A DNA stretch of 64,000 nucleotides from Candidatus Moraniibacteriota bacterium (GTDB taxonomy: Bacteria; Patescibacteriota; Minisyncoccia; Moranbacterales; UBA2206): positions 72,606 through 136,605 of the forward strand of contig DMWY01000001.1 of the NCBI GenBank assembly GCA_003483065.1, written 5' to 3'. The notes under the pieces were generated by a model. The model saw nothing but the letters and a program-made list of their open reading frames with translations, had not been told where the DNA came from and made no database searches. This document shows, one piece after another, positions 1-8,562 of this stretch. How positions within the stretch are numbered: the first letter of the stretch is position 1; every line of letters begins with the position of its first letter. A program made the translations under genes and the position numbers.

Positions 1-97
1 TCTGGGAACATTTTCACACGGATTAATTATATAAATAGTACAAACAAAATAGAGGATATATAATATGATAATCACTCCAAAAAATATTAAGATGTAG

Positions 98-840
98 TTA
101 GATATTTTTTTCATTAAAAAATACTTTAATTGGAAAAATTATTACCGCTTGAAAAATTCTTCGAAGTCTTTCTTTTTTAAATTTCCATTCTTGCGGTTGG
201 AATATTCTCCACAGCCATTCTAGACCGATAATTTGCATAAAGCGCGGAGCGCGACGGACTTTTCTGGTCAGAAAATCGAAACTTCCACCAACTCCCATAG
301 CTAAGCGTATCATATCACATTTTTGTGAATTTATGAAGAGTTCTTGATGCGGGGCACCAAAGTTGCAAAAAAGTATCTGTCCAAAAACAGAAGCTAAGCT
401 TCTGTTTTTGTGTCTATATTTCCCCCATTAATTTCTAAATCTGGATAAATTTTCAATATAGCTTCTTTTGTTTCTTCAAAAGTACTTAGGCCATCCTTAT
501 TTACCGCTAAAAAAACATTAAGGTTTTGTTTCTGGGCGATTTTCAAAATTTCTAGCATTAAATCTGCGCCGGCAAATCTCGCTTTCAATTTTTTTCCAAA
601 TCGCCAAAAAGCTAATCTTATTCCAAATCCATCCGCCACATTCAAATTACAATTGTTGAGAATTTTTTTAAACTCCGGATTTTTTTGCGATTCTAAAATA
701 AATTCTGGATTAATAGTGGCGATTTGATGAAATTTTGGTTCAGCTAAAAAAAATCTGACTTTTTCCAGAATTTCTTTTTTAGTGAGATTATCAACTTTTA
801 CTCCTAAAATATTCATTTTATTGTAATGGGCAAGAATCAA
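98..840 (-). pseudogene. WecB/TagA/CpsF-family glycosyltransferase, frame broken by a 5-bp tandem duplication (AAGCT x2 at 391-400)
   Basis: ORF 394-840 matches the TagA N-terminal half (NILGV...INPE...ADG..., ...YPDL). ORF 98-313 matches the TagA C-terminus (GVGGSFD...RAP...GLEWLWR). The frame between them (314-393) reads ...FGAPHQE..., matching the TagA LGAPKQE motif. Deleting one AAGCT copy fuses everything into one ~246-aa ORF of normal TagA length. Confidence 0.6.
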
Positions 841-1360
841 GAATGGAATAGCGATTTTCCTTGGAACTGAACTGGCTAGTCATAACATCGACGCTATTGG
901 CATCAACAGTCAAAGGAAATTTCTCCAAAATAAGTGGCTTATCTTCCAAAGTTTCCCACTTATGTTTTTTTACGCGCCCCAACGTTATGTGCGGACGAAA
1001 AGATTTTTTTGGTGAAGTGGAAATTCCTAATTCTTTTTCAATGGCATTAACTAAATTTTTCAATTCTTCGCTTGGCTCTCCCGTGAGGGCAATTACCTTT
1101 GGTTCTTCGGCAGAGGGAAAAAGCTCAATTTGATCAAATCTAATGTCAAAAATATCCACATCCTCGCAAGCCTTTTTGACTTTTTCGCAAATTTCTAGAA
1201 CAACTTCTTCATCGGTAAAGCCTAAATAGACCAATGTTATGTGCAAATCAGCTTCTTTTTCCCATTTTACTGGTAGTTCTTGCCATTTTTCAATTGCTAA
1301 AAATAGCCTTTTTTTGACTTTTGAAGGGATATTAATACTGATAAATATTTTATTTTTCAT
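818..1360 (-). CDS. thpR: RNA 2',3'-cyclic phosphodiesterase / 2'-5' RNA ligase (LigT/ThpR family)
   Basis: Two H-x-T-L motifs (LHITLVYLG, PHITLGR) at typical spacing. Start chosen at the internal MKNKIF (1360) rather than the ORF-track start at 1408. Confidence 0.75.
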   Translation of the reverse strand: MKNKIFISINIPSKVKKRLFLAIEKWQELPVKWEKEADLHITLVYLGFTDEEVVLEICEKVKKACEDVDIFDIRFDQIELFPSAEEPKVIALTGEPSEELKNLVNAIEKELGISTSPKKSFRPHITLGRVKKHKWETLEDKPLILEKFPLTVDANSVDVMTSQFSSKENRYSILDSCPLQ

Positions 1361-1415
1361 ATATAAAGTGTAGCTTCTTTTAGAAGTTTTAGCAATAAAG
1401 TGATACAATTAAGTT

Positions 1416-3440
1416 ATGATGAATAAAAAGCAGAAATTTATTATCGATATAGTTCCATTGACCAAAATTCCGATGTCCTCCCATCAGTCTTTTTCCTATT
1501 TGTCAGATGCCAAAATTTCAATCGGAACATTGGTGTCGATTCCCCTTTTCCATAGAAGCGTGGAAGGGATTGTTTTGGGGACGAGGCAGGATTTTGAAAG
1601 ATTAGGTAATATTGAACTAAAAAAAATTGAAAAAATAATCGTTGAAAATTTTCTCTCTGATAGTCAAATAGAATTAGCGAAATTTATTTCCGATTACTAC
1701 ATTTCTCCCTTGGGCGTAGTGATGAAAAATTTTGTCCCGAAAAGAGCTAAAATAAGGAACAAAAAACCTGCCTCATCGGCAGGCAAGCAAAAAGAAATAA
1801 TTTTAACGCCTGAACAGAAAAATGCGATTGCGAAAATTTCACTACAAACTAAAAGCTACAAACTAGAAGCTAACAGCTATCTCCTCTTTGGTCCGGCTGG
1901 ATCGGGGAAAACTGAGGTTTATATAAATTCAATTTTGGAACTGCGAAAACAAAATAAAAATTTCCAATTCCTGATTATCATCCCAGAAAAAACTTTGACT
2001 CCACAGGCTATGGAAAGATATGGTGCATATTTTGAACCGGAAGAAATTGTTGTTCTTTCAAGTAATATTTCCAAAGGACAATTTTATTCTAATTGGAAAA
2101 AAATTCAATCTGGCGAGGCAAAACTTATTCTTGGCACTCGAATGGCGGTTTTTGCACCTTTCAAAAAATTAGGACTAATCGTGATTGATGAAGAGCAAGA
2201 TATGTCTTTCAAACAATGGGACATGAATCCGCGTTATGATGCTCGAACGGTAGCAGAAAAATTAGCCGAGATTCATGAGTGTAAAATTGTTCGCGGTAGT
2301 GCTACGCCAAGTATCGAATCCTATTATCGCGCAATTAACAAAGATTTAAAATTAGTAGAATTGCCGAAATTGCTTTTAGCGGACAGTCCGCTAGAGGGCG
2401 GACTGTCCGCGTCTATAAAAACACCCACTACTTCTATTGTCGATATGAAAAAAGAACGCTGGACGAAGAACTATACTTGCATATCAAGAAAACTAAAAGG
2501 TGAAATTGAATATGCGCTAAAAAATAAACAGCAATCAATTTTGTTCATCAATCGCCAAGGAATGAGCAGTTTTTCAATTTGTGAAGCGTGTAAGGCAGTG
2601 CTCAAATGTCCCAAATGTGAGCGGGCGCTAGTATATGAAAAAGGCGGATTCTACAAATGCAATCATTGTAATTATAAGACGAGTATTTTTCCAAAATGCG
2701 AGAAATGTGGTGGGATAAGTTTCAAAAATGTTGGATTAGGAACGCAAAAAGTAGAAAAAGAAATTTCGAGTTTGTTTCCTTTGGCCAAAATAATTGTGGC
2801 TGACACAGCCTCTTCAAAAGAACTAAATTTTCATGAAAAAATTTATGGCGCTTTTTCCAAAGGTGAGGCGGATATTTTGATTGGAACGCAGATGATTTCC
2901 AAGGGTTGGGATTTGCCTCGTGTGTCATTGGTTGGTATAATAGATGCAGATAATCTTTTGTCATTTCCTGATTTTTCGGCTGAAGAAAAGGCCTTTCAAA
3001 TAATCTCTCAGCTTGCCGGCAGAGTGAATCGCCCTGGTGCACGTTTTCCTGGAGAAGTTGTTATCCAAACATATCAACCGGAAAACAAAATCATCCAACT
3101 GGCATCAGAAAATAATTTTCAAAGTTTTTTTCAAAAGATAATCGAAGAACGAAAAGCTTTGAATTTTCCGCCTTATGGGAAAATTGTGAAATTAGTTTTT
3201 CAGGATTATAATTTTGAAAAAGTGGAAAAAGAAAGTCAAGACACATTTGAGAGTTTTGAAAATATAAAAGGGTTAAAGATTTCCGAACCACATACTCCCC
3301 TGCTCTCAAAAATAAGAGGACGCTGGCGAAAGCAAATGATTGTCAAATTTCCAGATAAAATTCCAATTGAATTAGAAAAAGAAATCAGAAAGCTCAAATC
3401 AGGCTGGGTAATAGATCGAGATCCAATATCTATCATTTGA
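1416..3440 (+). CDS. priA: primosomal protein N' (PriA helicase)
   Basis: Walker A (FGPAGSGKTEVY), DEAD-like VIDEEQD, Cys-rich zinc-binding segment (CEACK...CPKCE...CNHC...CEKC), helicase C-terminal motifs (QLAGRVNR). Confidence 0.9.
   Translation: MMNKKQKFIIDIVPLTKIPMSSHQSFSYLSDAKISIGTLVSIPLFHRSVEGIVLGTRQDFERLGNIELKKIEKIIVENFLSDSQIELAKFISDYYISPLGVVMKNFVPKRAKIRNKKPASSAGKQKEIILTPEQKNAIAKISLQTKSYKLEANSYLLFGPAGSGKTEVYINSILELRKQNKNFQFLIIIPEKTLTPQAMERYGAYFEPEEIVVLSSNISKGQFYSNWKKIQSGEAKLILGTRMAVFAPFKKLGLIVIDEEQDMSFKQWDMNPRYDARTVAEKLAEIHECKIVRGSATPSIESYYRAINKDLKLVELPKLLLADSPLEGGLSASIKTPTTSIVDMKKERWTKNYTCISRKLKGEIEYALKNKQQSILFINRQGMSSFSICEACKAVLKCPKCERALVYEKGGFYKCNHCNYKTSIFPKCEKCGGISFKNVGLGTQKVEKEISSLFPLAKIIVADTASSKELNFHEKIYGAFSKGEADILIGTQMISKGWDLPRVSLVGIIDADNLLSFPDFSAEEKAFQIISQLAGRVNRPGARFPGEVVIQTYQPENKIIQLASENNFQSFFQKIIEERKALNFPPYGKIVKLVFQDYNFEKVEKESQDTFESFENIKGLKISEPHTPLLSKIRGRWRKQMIVKFPDKIPIELEKEIRKLKSGWVIDRDPISII
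2379..2410. repeat. GC-rich perfect palindrome (GCGGACAGTCCGC-tagagg-GCGGACTGTCCGC) embedded in-frame in priA
   Basis: 13-bp arms are exact reverse complements. ~70% GC in a ~34% GC genome. Encodes ...ADSPLEGGLSAS..., an extra loop relative to PriA homologues. Confidence 0.7.
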
Positions 3441-3442
3441 AC

Positions 3443-3474
3443 ATGTTAATATGTTAAAATGCTAAAATGATTTT
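3443..3474 (+). promoter_or_regulatory. tandem ATGYTAA heptamer array / extended -10-like (TGCTAAAAT) element abutting the def start codon
   Basis: atgttaatatgttaaaatgctaaaat-gatttt-ATG. TGnTAAAAT lies 6 nt before the ATG, which predicts a leaderless or near-leaderless transcript. The same motif family recurs at 56656-56747, 61428-61452 and 61813-61860. Confidence 0.4.
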
Positions 3475-3915
3475 ATGATTTTACCAATAATAACCTATCC
3501 AAATGAAATTCTTCGTCAAAAAGCGAAGAAGATAAAAGAACCAAAAAGTCGAGAAATAAAGGACTTGATTTTGGATATGCTTGAAACTATGGAAGATAGT
3601 GGTAATGCGTTGGGACTAGCTGCTCCGCAGGTGGGACAATCAGTGCAACTTTGTATTATAAAATTAGATGGAAAAACGCATATTCTAATCAACCCAAAAA
3701 TTGCTAGAAAATCTTGGGGAAAAGAAATTTGCGAAGAAGGTTGTTTGTCTTTTCCTGGGAAATTTATCCCAGTTAAGAGACACAAAAAAGTCACCGTGAA
3801 GGCTTTGGACAAAAAAGGAGAAAAAATTGAAATCAAAGCTGAGGGACTTCTCTCGCGAGCTTTGCAACACGAGATTGATCATTTAAATGGGATGCTTTTT
3901 ATAGACAAAAAATAA
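3475..3915 (+). CDS. def: peptide deformylase
   Basis: GLAAPQVG, EGCLSFPG and QHEIDHLNG metal-binding motifs. Confidence 0.9.
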   Translation: MILPIITYPNEILRQKAKKIKEPKSREIKDLILDMLETMEDSGNALGLAAPQVGQSVQLCIIKLDGKTHILINPKIARKSWGKEICEEGCLSFPGKFIPVKRHKKVTVKALDKKGEKIEIKAEGLLSRALQHEIDHLNGMLFIDKK

Positions 3916-4875
3916 ATGGATAATAAAATTAATCCAAGGATAATTTTCATGGGGACGCCGGATTTTGCGGCGAATATTTTGCGCGTGATGCTCAAAGAAA
4001 AACTTGATATCATTTCAGTTTATACTCAGGGTGACAAAAAAGTTGGAAGAAGTCAATCTTTGGAAAAATCGGCGGTTAAAAATGTTGCTGAAGAATATAA
4101 AATAAAAGTTTTCGAACCGAAAAAATTTGATGAAGGTGTTGTGCGTGAAATTGAAAATCAAAAACCAGATTTGATTATTGTTAGTGCTTATGGAAAAATT
4201 TTACCAAAAATTGTTTTGGAAATTCCGCGTTTTGGTGTGATCAATACTCATCCGTCGAGCTTACCAAAATATCGCGGAGCCTCACCAATTCAAAACGCCA
4301 TTCTGAATGGCGAAAAGAAAACGGCAGCAACTATTATGTGTCTAGTGGAAAAAGTTGATGCGGGTGATATTTTGAAACAAGAGGAAGTTGAGATCGGAGA
4401 GTATGAAACTTATCCGGAACTCTCCCAAAGACTTTCAGATATTTCAGCGAGACTTCTTATAGAAATAATCCCACTTTTGATAGCAGGAAAGATAGAGCCT
4501 AAAAAACAAAATGAGAGCGAGGCTACTTTTTGTCAATTAATCAAAAAGGAAGATGGAAAAATCAATTGGGAAGATAAGGCAAGAGACATTTATAATCGTT
4601 TCAGAGCGTTCTATGTTTGGCCTGGAATATTTACCTATTTCGAAAAGGATAATCGAAGTCTACGGTTAAAATTAAATAAGGTTAGTTTGGATGAGCATTC
4701 AAAAGAAAATGATTTTGAAAATGGAAAAGTTTTCGAAGAAAATGAAGTGGTAAAAGTCAAAACTAGCAAAGGTAATATTATTTTAGAAGAAGTTCAATTG
4801 GAAGGAAAAAACAAAATGCAAGCAACGGATTTTGTTCGCGGATATGCGAATTTTGTCGGAAGCGTGCTAAAATAA
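3916..4875 (+). CDS. fmt: methionyl-tRNA formyltransferase
   Basis: N-terminal formyltransferase fold (IIFMGTPDFA, INTHPSSLPKYRGASPIQ) with C-terminal domain. TAAATG overlap with def. Confidence 0.9.
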   Translation: MDNKINPRIIFMGTPDFAANILRVMLKEKLDIISVYTQGDKKVGRSQSLEKSAVKNVAEEYKIKVFEPKKFDEGVVREIENQKPDLIIVSAYGKILPKIVLEIPRFGVINTHPSSLPKYRGASPIQNAILNGEKKTAATIMCLVEKVDAGDILKQEEVEIGEYETYPELSQRLSDISARLLIEIIPLLIAGKIEPKKQNESEATFCQLIKKEDGKINWEDKARDIYNRFRAFYVWPGIFTYFEKDNRSLRLKLNKVSLDEHSKENDFENGKVFEENEVVKVKTSKGNIILEEVQLEGKNKMQATDFVRGYANFVGSVLK

Positions 4876-4879
4876 AAAT

Positions 4880-5719
4880 ATGTATCAAAATAACAATCAG
4901 CCAAAAAATAATTTATTGCCAATTACGATTGGTTTTTTCTTGATTGTTATAGTGACAGCTCTTTTCTTTGTGAAATCATCATGGATGAATAAGAAAAAAG
5001 AAGCTACTTTTGTGAAAAATCAAGAGCAGGAAAAAGCTGACGATTTGCAAAAATATTCGAGCATAAAATCATCGGAACTACTCAAAAAAATAAATAGTGA
5101 TGAAAAAATAGAAATTATTGACATTCGAGATGCGCAAAGTTTTTCGCAAAGTCATATTGTGGATGCGAAAAACATAACACTCGACGAGTTGATCGCAAAT
5201 TTTCCTTTTACTGAAAAAAACGGCACCTATTTTATAGTCGATGATTTAGGTCTCACTTCCAATGAAAAACAAGCGATGGATATTTTTGCTAAAAAGGGTT
5301 TTCAGAATATTTTCTATCTTGAGGGCGGGATATATGCTTGGACGAATGAAATAAATCCGATAATAGAGATTGGCAACCCCAATTCCTTTTCTAATCAGGC
5401 GAAAGTAAATTATATTAAAAATGATGAATTGAAAAATTTGATAGAGCAAGACAGTGAATCGCTATATATAGTTGATTTGCGAAACGCTTCTGAATTCACT
5501 AGTGATCATTTGAAAAATGCCATTAACATTCCGCTAGAAAACTTAGAAAGTCGACGCAAAGAAATTCCAACCTACAAAAGAATTATTCTTTATGATAACA
5601 CCGGCCTACTCGCTTTCCAAGGCGCCGTCCGACTTTTCGATATGGGCATTCTAAATGTCAGCGTCCTAACTGATGGCCTGAATACTTGGAGGCAAAAAGG
5701 TTTTGAAGTGGTGAAATAA
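4880..5719 (+). CDS. membrane-anchored tandem rhodanese-domain protein (both domains lack the catalytic Cys)
   Basis: N-terminal TM helix and two rhodanese-like repeats (IIDIRDAQSF..., IVDLRNASEF...). No C-x5-R active-site loop in either repeat. Confidence 0.65.
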   Translation: MYQNNNQPKNNLLPITIGFFLIVIVTALFFVKSSWMNKKKEATFVKNQEQEKADDLQKYSSIKSSELLKKINSDEKIEIIDIRDAQSFSQSHIVDAKNITLDELIANFPFTEKNGTYFIVDDLGLTSNEKQAMDIFAKKGFQNIFYLEGGIYAWTNEINPIIEIGNPNSFSNQAKVNYIKNDELKNLIEQDSESLYIVDLRNASEFTSDHLKNAINIPLENLESRRKEIPTYKRIILYDNTGLLAFQGAVRLFDMGILNVSVLTDGLNTWRQKGFEVVK

Positions 5720-5722
5720 GTT

Positions 5723-6283
5723 TTACTTTAAATATTTTCTAGCGAACGTGAGGGCGGCGATTGTTTGACAATCAGAAAATTTTCCATTGTCTAACATTTC
5801 ATATGTCTTGGCAATTGAAATTTCTTTTATTTTTAAACCTTTCTCAGTTTCTTCCAAATTTTGCTTGGTTTTAGTTAAGTTATTTGCAATAAATATTGTG
5901 CATTGTTCTGCACATGGTCCACTCCATGGATTATATATTCCGATTTTTTTCCATGATTTTGCCGTATAGCCAAGTTCTTCCTCGAGTTCCTTTTTCGCTG
6001 CCGTAAGGGCGGTATAACCTTTTTCTTGTCCCCCGCCAGGGAGTTCTAGTGACCATTTTTTGATTGTATAGCGATATTGGTAGGAAAAAATTATTTTATT
6101 GTTTTTGATTGGTACAATAAATACTGAGCGATCAGTGTTGTTGGTGTGGATAATATAATAATTACCTACGGAATGGTTGGGGGTGATGAATTTTTCATGT
6201 GTCACACAAAACCAAGGATTTTTATAATCTATTTTTTCTGATAATTTAGTCCATGGTTTTTTAGAGAGTATTTTATTTTTCAT
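5723..6283 (-). CDS. NUDIX hydrolase
   Basis: Nudix box GGGQEKGYTALTAAKKELEEELGY. Confidence 0.8.
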   Translation of the reverse strand: MKNKILSKKPWTKLSEKIDYKNPWFCVTHEKFITPNHSVGNYYIIHTNNTDRSVFIVPIKNNKIIFSYQYRYTIKKWSLELPGGGQEKGYTALTAAKKELEEELGYTAKSWKKIGIYNPWSGPCAEQCTIFIANNLTKTKQNLEETEKGLKIKEISIAKTYEMLDNGKFSDCQTIAALTFARKYLK

Positions 6284-6299
6284 AGTATAAATTTATTTT

Positions 6300-6626
6300 T
6301 TACTTTGATTTACTCCAAACTCTTTGCTTGTTCACTTCCTCTTTTTCACGAAATGCCTTCTCTAAATCAATATCATACCTATTAGCAATAGAACAGATAA
6401 ATATTAGCACGTCCGCGAGCTCCTCGTCGATCGAACTAAACTTTGAATTATGGTCAATTTTTATATTTTCACTTTTGCGAATAGCCTTAAAAAGCTCACC
6501 AACTTCTTCGCCTAACATTAAACATTTTTGCAAAACATTTTGATCCGCAAAGCCTCGTTCATTCTCAAGCTCACGGACATATTGCTGGAAATCACTTAAT
6601 ATTGGTTTTTGATTTAGAATAGGCAT
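6300..6626 (-). CDS. MazG-like nucleotide pyrophosphohydrolase
   Basis: EEVGEL...EELADVL...RY helical MazG signature. Confidence 0.7.
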   Translation of the reverse strand: MPILNQKPILSDFQQYVRELENERGFADQNVLQKCLMLGEEVGELFKAIRKSENIKIDHNSKFSSIDEELADVLIFICSIANRYDIDLEKAFREKEEVNKQRVWSKSK

Positions 6627-6648
6627 AGTTTTATTAGTTAAGTTTTAA

Positions 6649-7575
6649 TTATAAATGTTTCAATCTTCCTTTCGCCTCCTGAATTGAATTATAATTTTTT
6701 CTTTTTAGAATTTCTTCTAATTCTTGATTTATTCTAGTAAAGCACGATTCTCCTTCTTTTTCAAAGACAGTAGCAACTTGCACAGCATCTGCGCCAGCGA
6801 TGAGAAATTCGAAGGCATCTAGGCCCGATTTTATCCCGCCAACGCCAAAAATTGAAACTTTGTCGTCTAACAACTCATAAAAAGCCCTAACATTCGCCAA
6901 GGCGATTGGTTTGATATAATCTCCGCAAAGACCGCCGAAACCTTTTTTCGGTTTGATTACGGGCATCTCTTTTTCTGGATCTATAAATAGTGTATTGCCA
7001 ACAGAATTGATGCAGGTGATAAAAGAAATATTATATTTCAAAATTAACTGTGCCATTTGTTTCTGATGAATAAAATCAAAATAGGCTGGCAATTTTAGTC
7101 CCAATGGAATGTCACCTAAATTTGAAATGACGCGAAGAACTTTTTCAGTTTGTTCAAAGTCATAAGCAACTTGCGATTTTCCTTCCACATTTGGACAGCT
7201 CAAATTTACTTCAATCAAATTCACTTCGCTTTTTTGAAAAGCTTCAACCATCACCCTATAATCTTCAATGGAAAGTCCAGCAACACTGGCAATAATTGGT
7301 TTGTTATATTTTTTAAGCTGAGACGCAAAACGAATATATTTTTGGTAGCCTAAATTTGGCAAACCCATACTTTGAATTGAACCTAACGGCAAGTGAACAT
7401 ATCTTGGCTCAGGATTGCCAATTCTTGGCTTAATCGTACATGATTTCATCATAATCGCCGATGAATCTGATTTCGCAATTATTTCCAACTCTTCCAATAT
7501 CGAATCTGACGGTCCTGATGCATTGCAAATATACGACGCAAGTTCTATTTTGGAAATTTTTGTTTTAGATAACAT
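6649..7575 (-). CDS. pyrD: dihydroorotate dehydrogenase family 1-like flavoprotein (DHODH/DHPD-like)
   Basis: NASGP, NLSCPN (catalytic Cys loop) and GGI.SG TIM-barrel motifs. Start moved to the internal MLSKTK because the ORF-track N-terminus (to 7725) overlaps the upstream gene and is Lys/Arg-rich low complexity. Confidence 0.65.
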   Translation of the reverse strand: MLSKTKISKIELASYICNASGPSDSILEELEIIAKSDSSAIMMKSCTIKPRIGNPEPRYVHLPLGSIQSMGLPNLGYQKYIRFASQLKKYNKPIIASVAGLSIEDYRVMVEAFQKSEVNLIEVNLSCPNVEGKSQVAYDFEQTEKVLRVISNLGDIPLGLKLPAYFDFIHQKQMAQLILKYNISFITCINSVGNTLFIDPEKEMPVIKPKKGFGGLCGDYIKPIALANVRAFYELLDDKVSIFGVGGIKSGLDAFEFLIAGADAVQVATVFEKEGESCFTRINQELEEILKRKNYNSIQEAKGRLKHL

Positions 7576-7594
7576 TCTTAATATAAGAAATGAA

Positions 7595-8311
7595 TTATTT
7601 CTTCGTCTCGCACGGCGGACAATTTTTTGGTTCGTTGTGGGTGTAGGAATATAGGAAGAGAGCTTGAGAAGCGAAGACTTTGAGGATCTCGATGTTTTTT
7701 GGGTTGCTTTCTTCTTTTTCATCAAATCCGCAGATAATCAAATAACTTTTAATGTCGTTTATTTTTTGACCGGAAGAGATAATCAGACAATCATTATCTT
7801 TCTTCACATTCACATTATCTTTCATTTCAATCAAAACATCATTTTTAATCATTCCTTGGTTATTTTCAGAGCGGAATTCTTTTTTGGTTTTCAAATCATT
7901 TATATTAATAAAACGAAGAGAAACGGAATCAGCTTTTAAGAGAAAACTGGTGGCACTCACAATTGACTGATAGGTTTCTTTTTCATGAGCCTTACTAAGC
8001 ACGGACCGATCAGAAAGCCCAAGAGCTGTGTTCATCAAAAGATCCATTTTGCGATTTACTTCTCCGATATAACTATATGATTCAACCAAATCCTTGACGG
8101 TTTGTTCAATTTTTTTCTTGTCTTTCTCTTTCTCTTTTTTGTGAAAAATCAATTGTTGTTCATTTTTTATGAAAATTGCAAACGCCATTGCGCCCATAAA
8201 AAAAATCAAGATTTCTTCTAATCTTGATTCTGAAATAACACCAAAATTTGTGCGAACGATGTCGGGCACAAGAACCGTTATTATGAAGATGATAAGAAAA
8301 ATCCAATACAT
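7595..8311 (-). CDS. hypothetical membrane-anchored protein
   Basis: N-terminal TM helix and charged coiled segment. No recognisable domain. Confidence 0.4.
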   Translation of the reverse strand: MYWIFLIIFIITVLVPDIVRTNFGVISESRLEEILIFFMGAMAFAIFIKNEQQLIFHKKEKEKDKKKIEQTVKDLVESYSYIGEVNRKMDLLMNTALGLSDRSVLSKAHEKETYQSIVSATSFLLKADSVSLRFININDLKTKKEFRSENNQGMIKNDVLIEMKDNVNVKKDNDCLIISSGQKINDIKSYLIICGFDEKEESNPKNIEILKVFASQALFLYSYTHNEPKNCPPCETKK

Positions 8312-8314
8312 AAA

Positions 8315-8518
8315 TTATTTTGAGGGAATTCTGTTGGCAACTTTTCTTTCGGAAAAAATAAAAATATATAAAATTTCCAAAATAGCTAGGGTGTTTATGA
8401 GCAAAAGAAGAACAAACCAAATACTGTCCCCTCTTCGAGCTGATTTCCAGAGGGCAAAACCTTTCCAGGGCAATGTCCAAACAACGGCAATTATTATAAT
8501 TAGAATTTCTATTTTCAT
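8315..8518 (-). CDS. small two-TM membrane protein
   Basis: 67 aa with two hydrophobic helices. The antisense ORF 8169-8522 is less plausible. Confidence 0.35.
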   Translation of the reverse strand: MKIEILIIIIAVVWTLPWKGFALWKSARRGDSIWFVLLLLINTLAILEILYIFIFSERKVANRIPSK

Positions 8519-8562
8519 ATAATTAAGTCTTAGGTAATTTTAATATACCACAAACAAGAAAA

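Noticed and set aside
861-1133. ORF-track ORF antisense to thpR
   Set aside because: Entirely inside and antisense to a well-supported gene, with no motif. The same reasoning applies to 2722-3042, 3091-3309, 3236-3436 (in priA), 3516-3882 (in def), 36865-38502 (in clpB), 39270-40371 (in htrA), 51082-52933 (in the DUF4012-like gene) and other internal antisense ORFs.
2314-2321. tRNA T-loop-like TCGAATCC
   Set aside because: It lies inside the priA coding frame with no acceptor or anticodon stem context. No convincing tRNA, tmRNA or rRNA was found anywhere, including the long gaps at 45.8-48.5 kb and 58.2-58.8 kb (the latter is RNase P RNA).
8169-8522. 117-aa plus-strand ORF
   Set aside because: Overlaps two minus-strand genes that continue the minus-strand operon. 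It has no features beyond hydrophobic runs.
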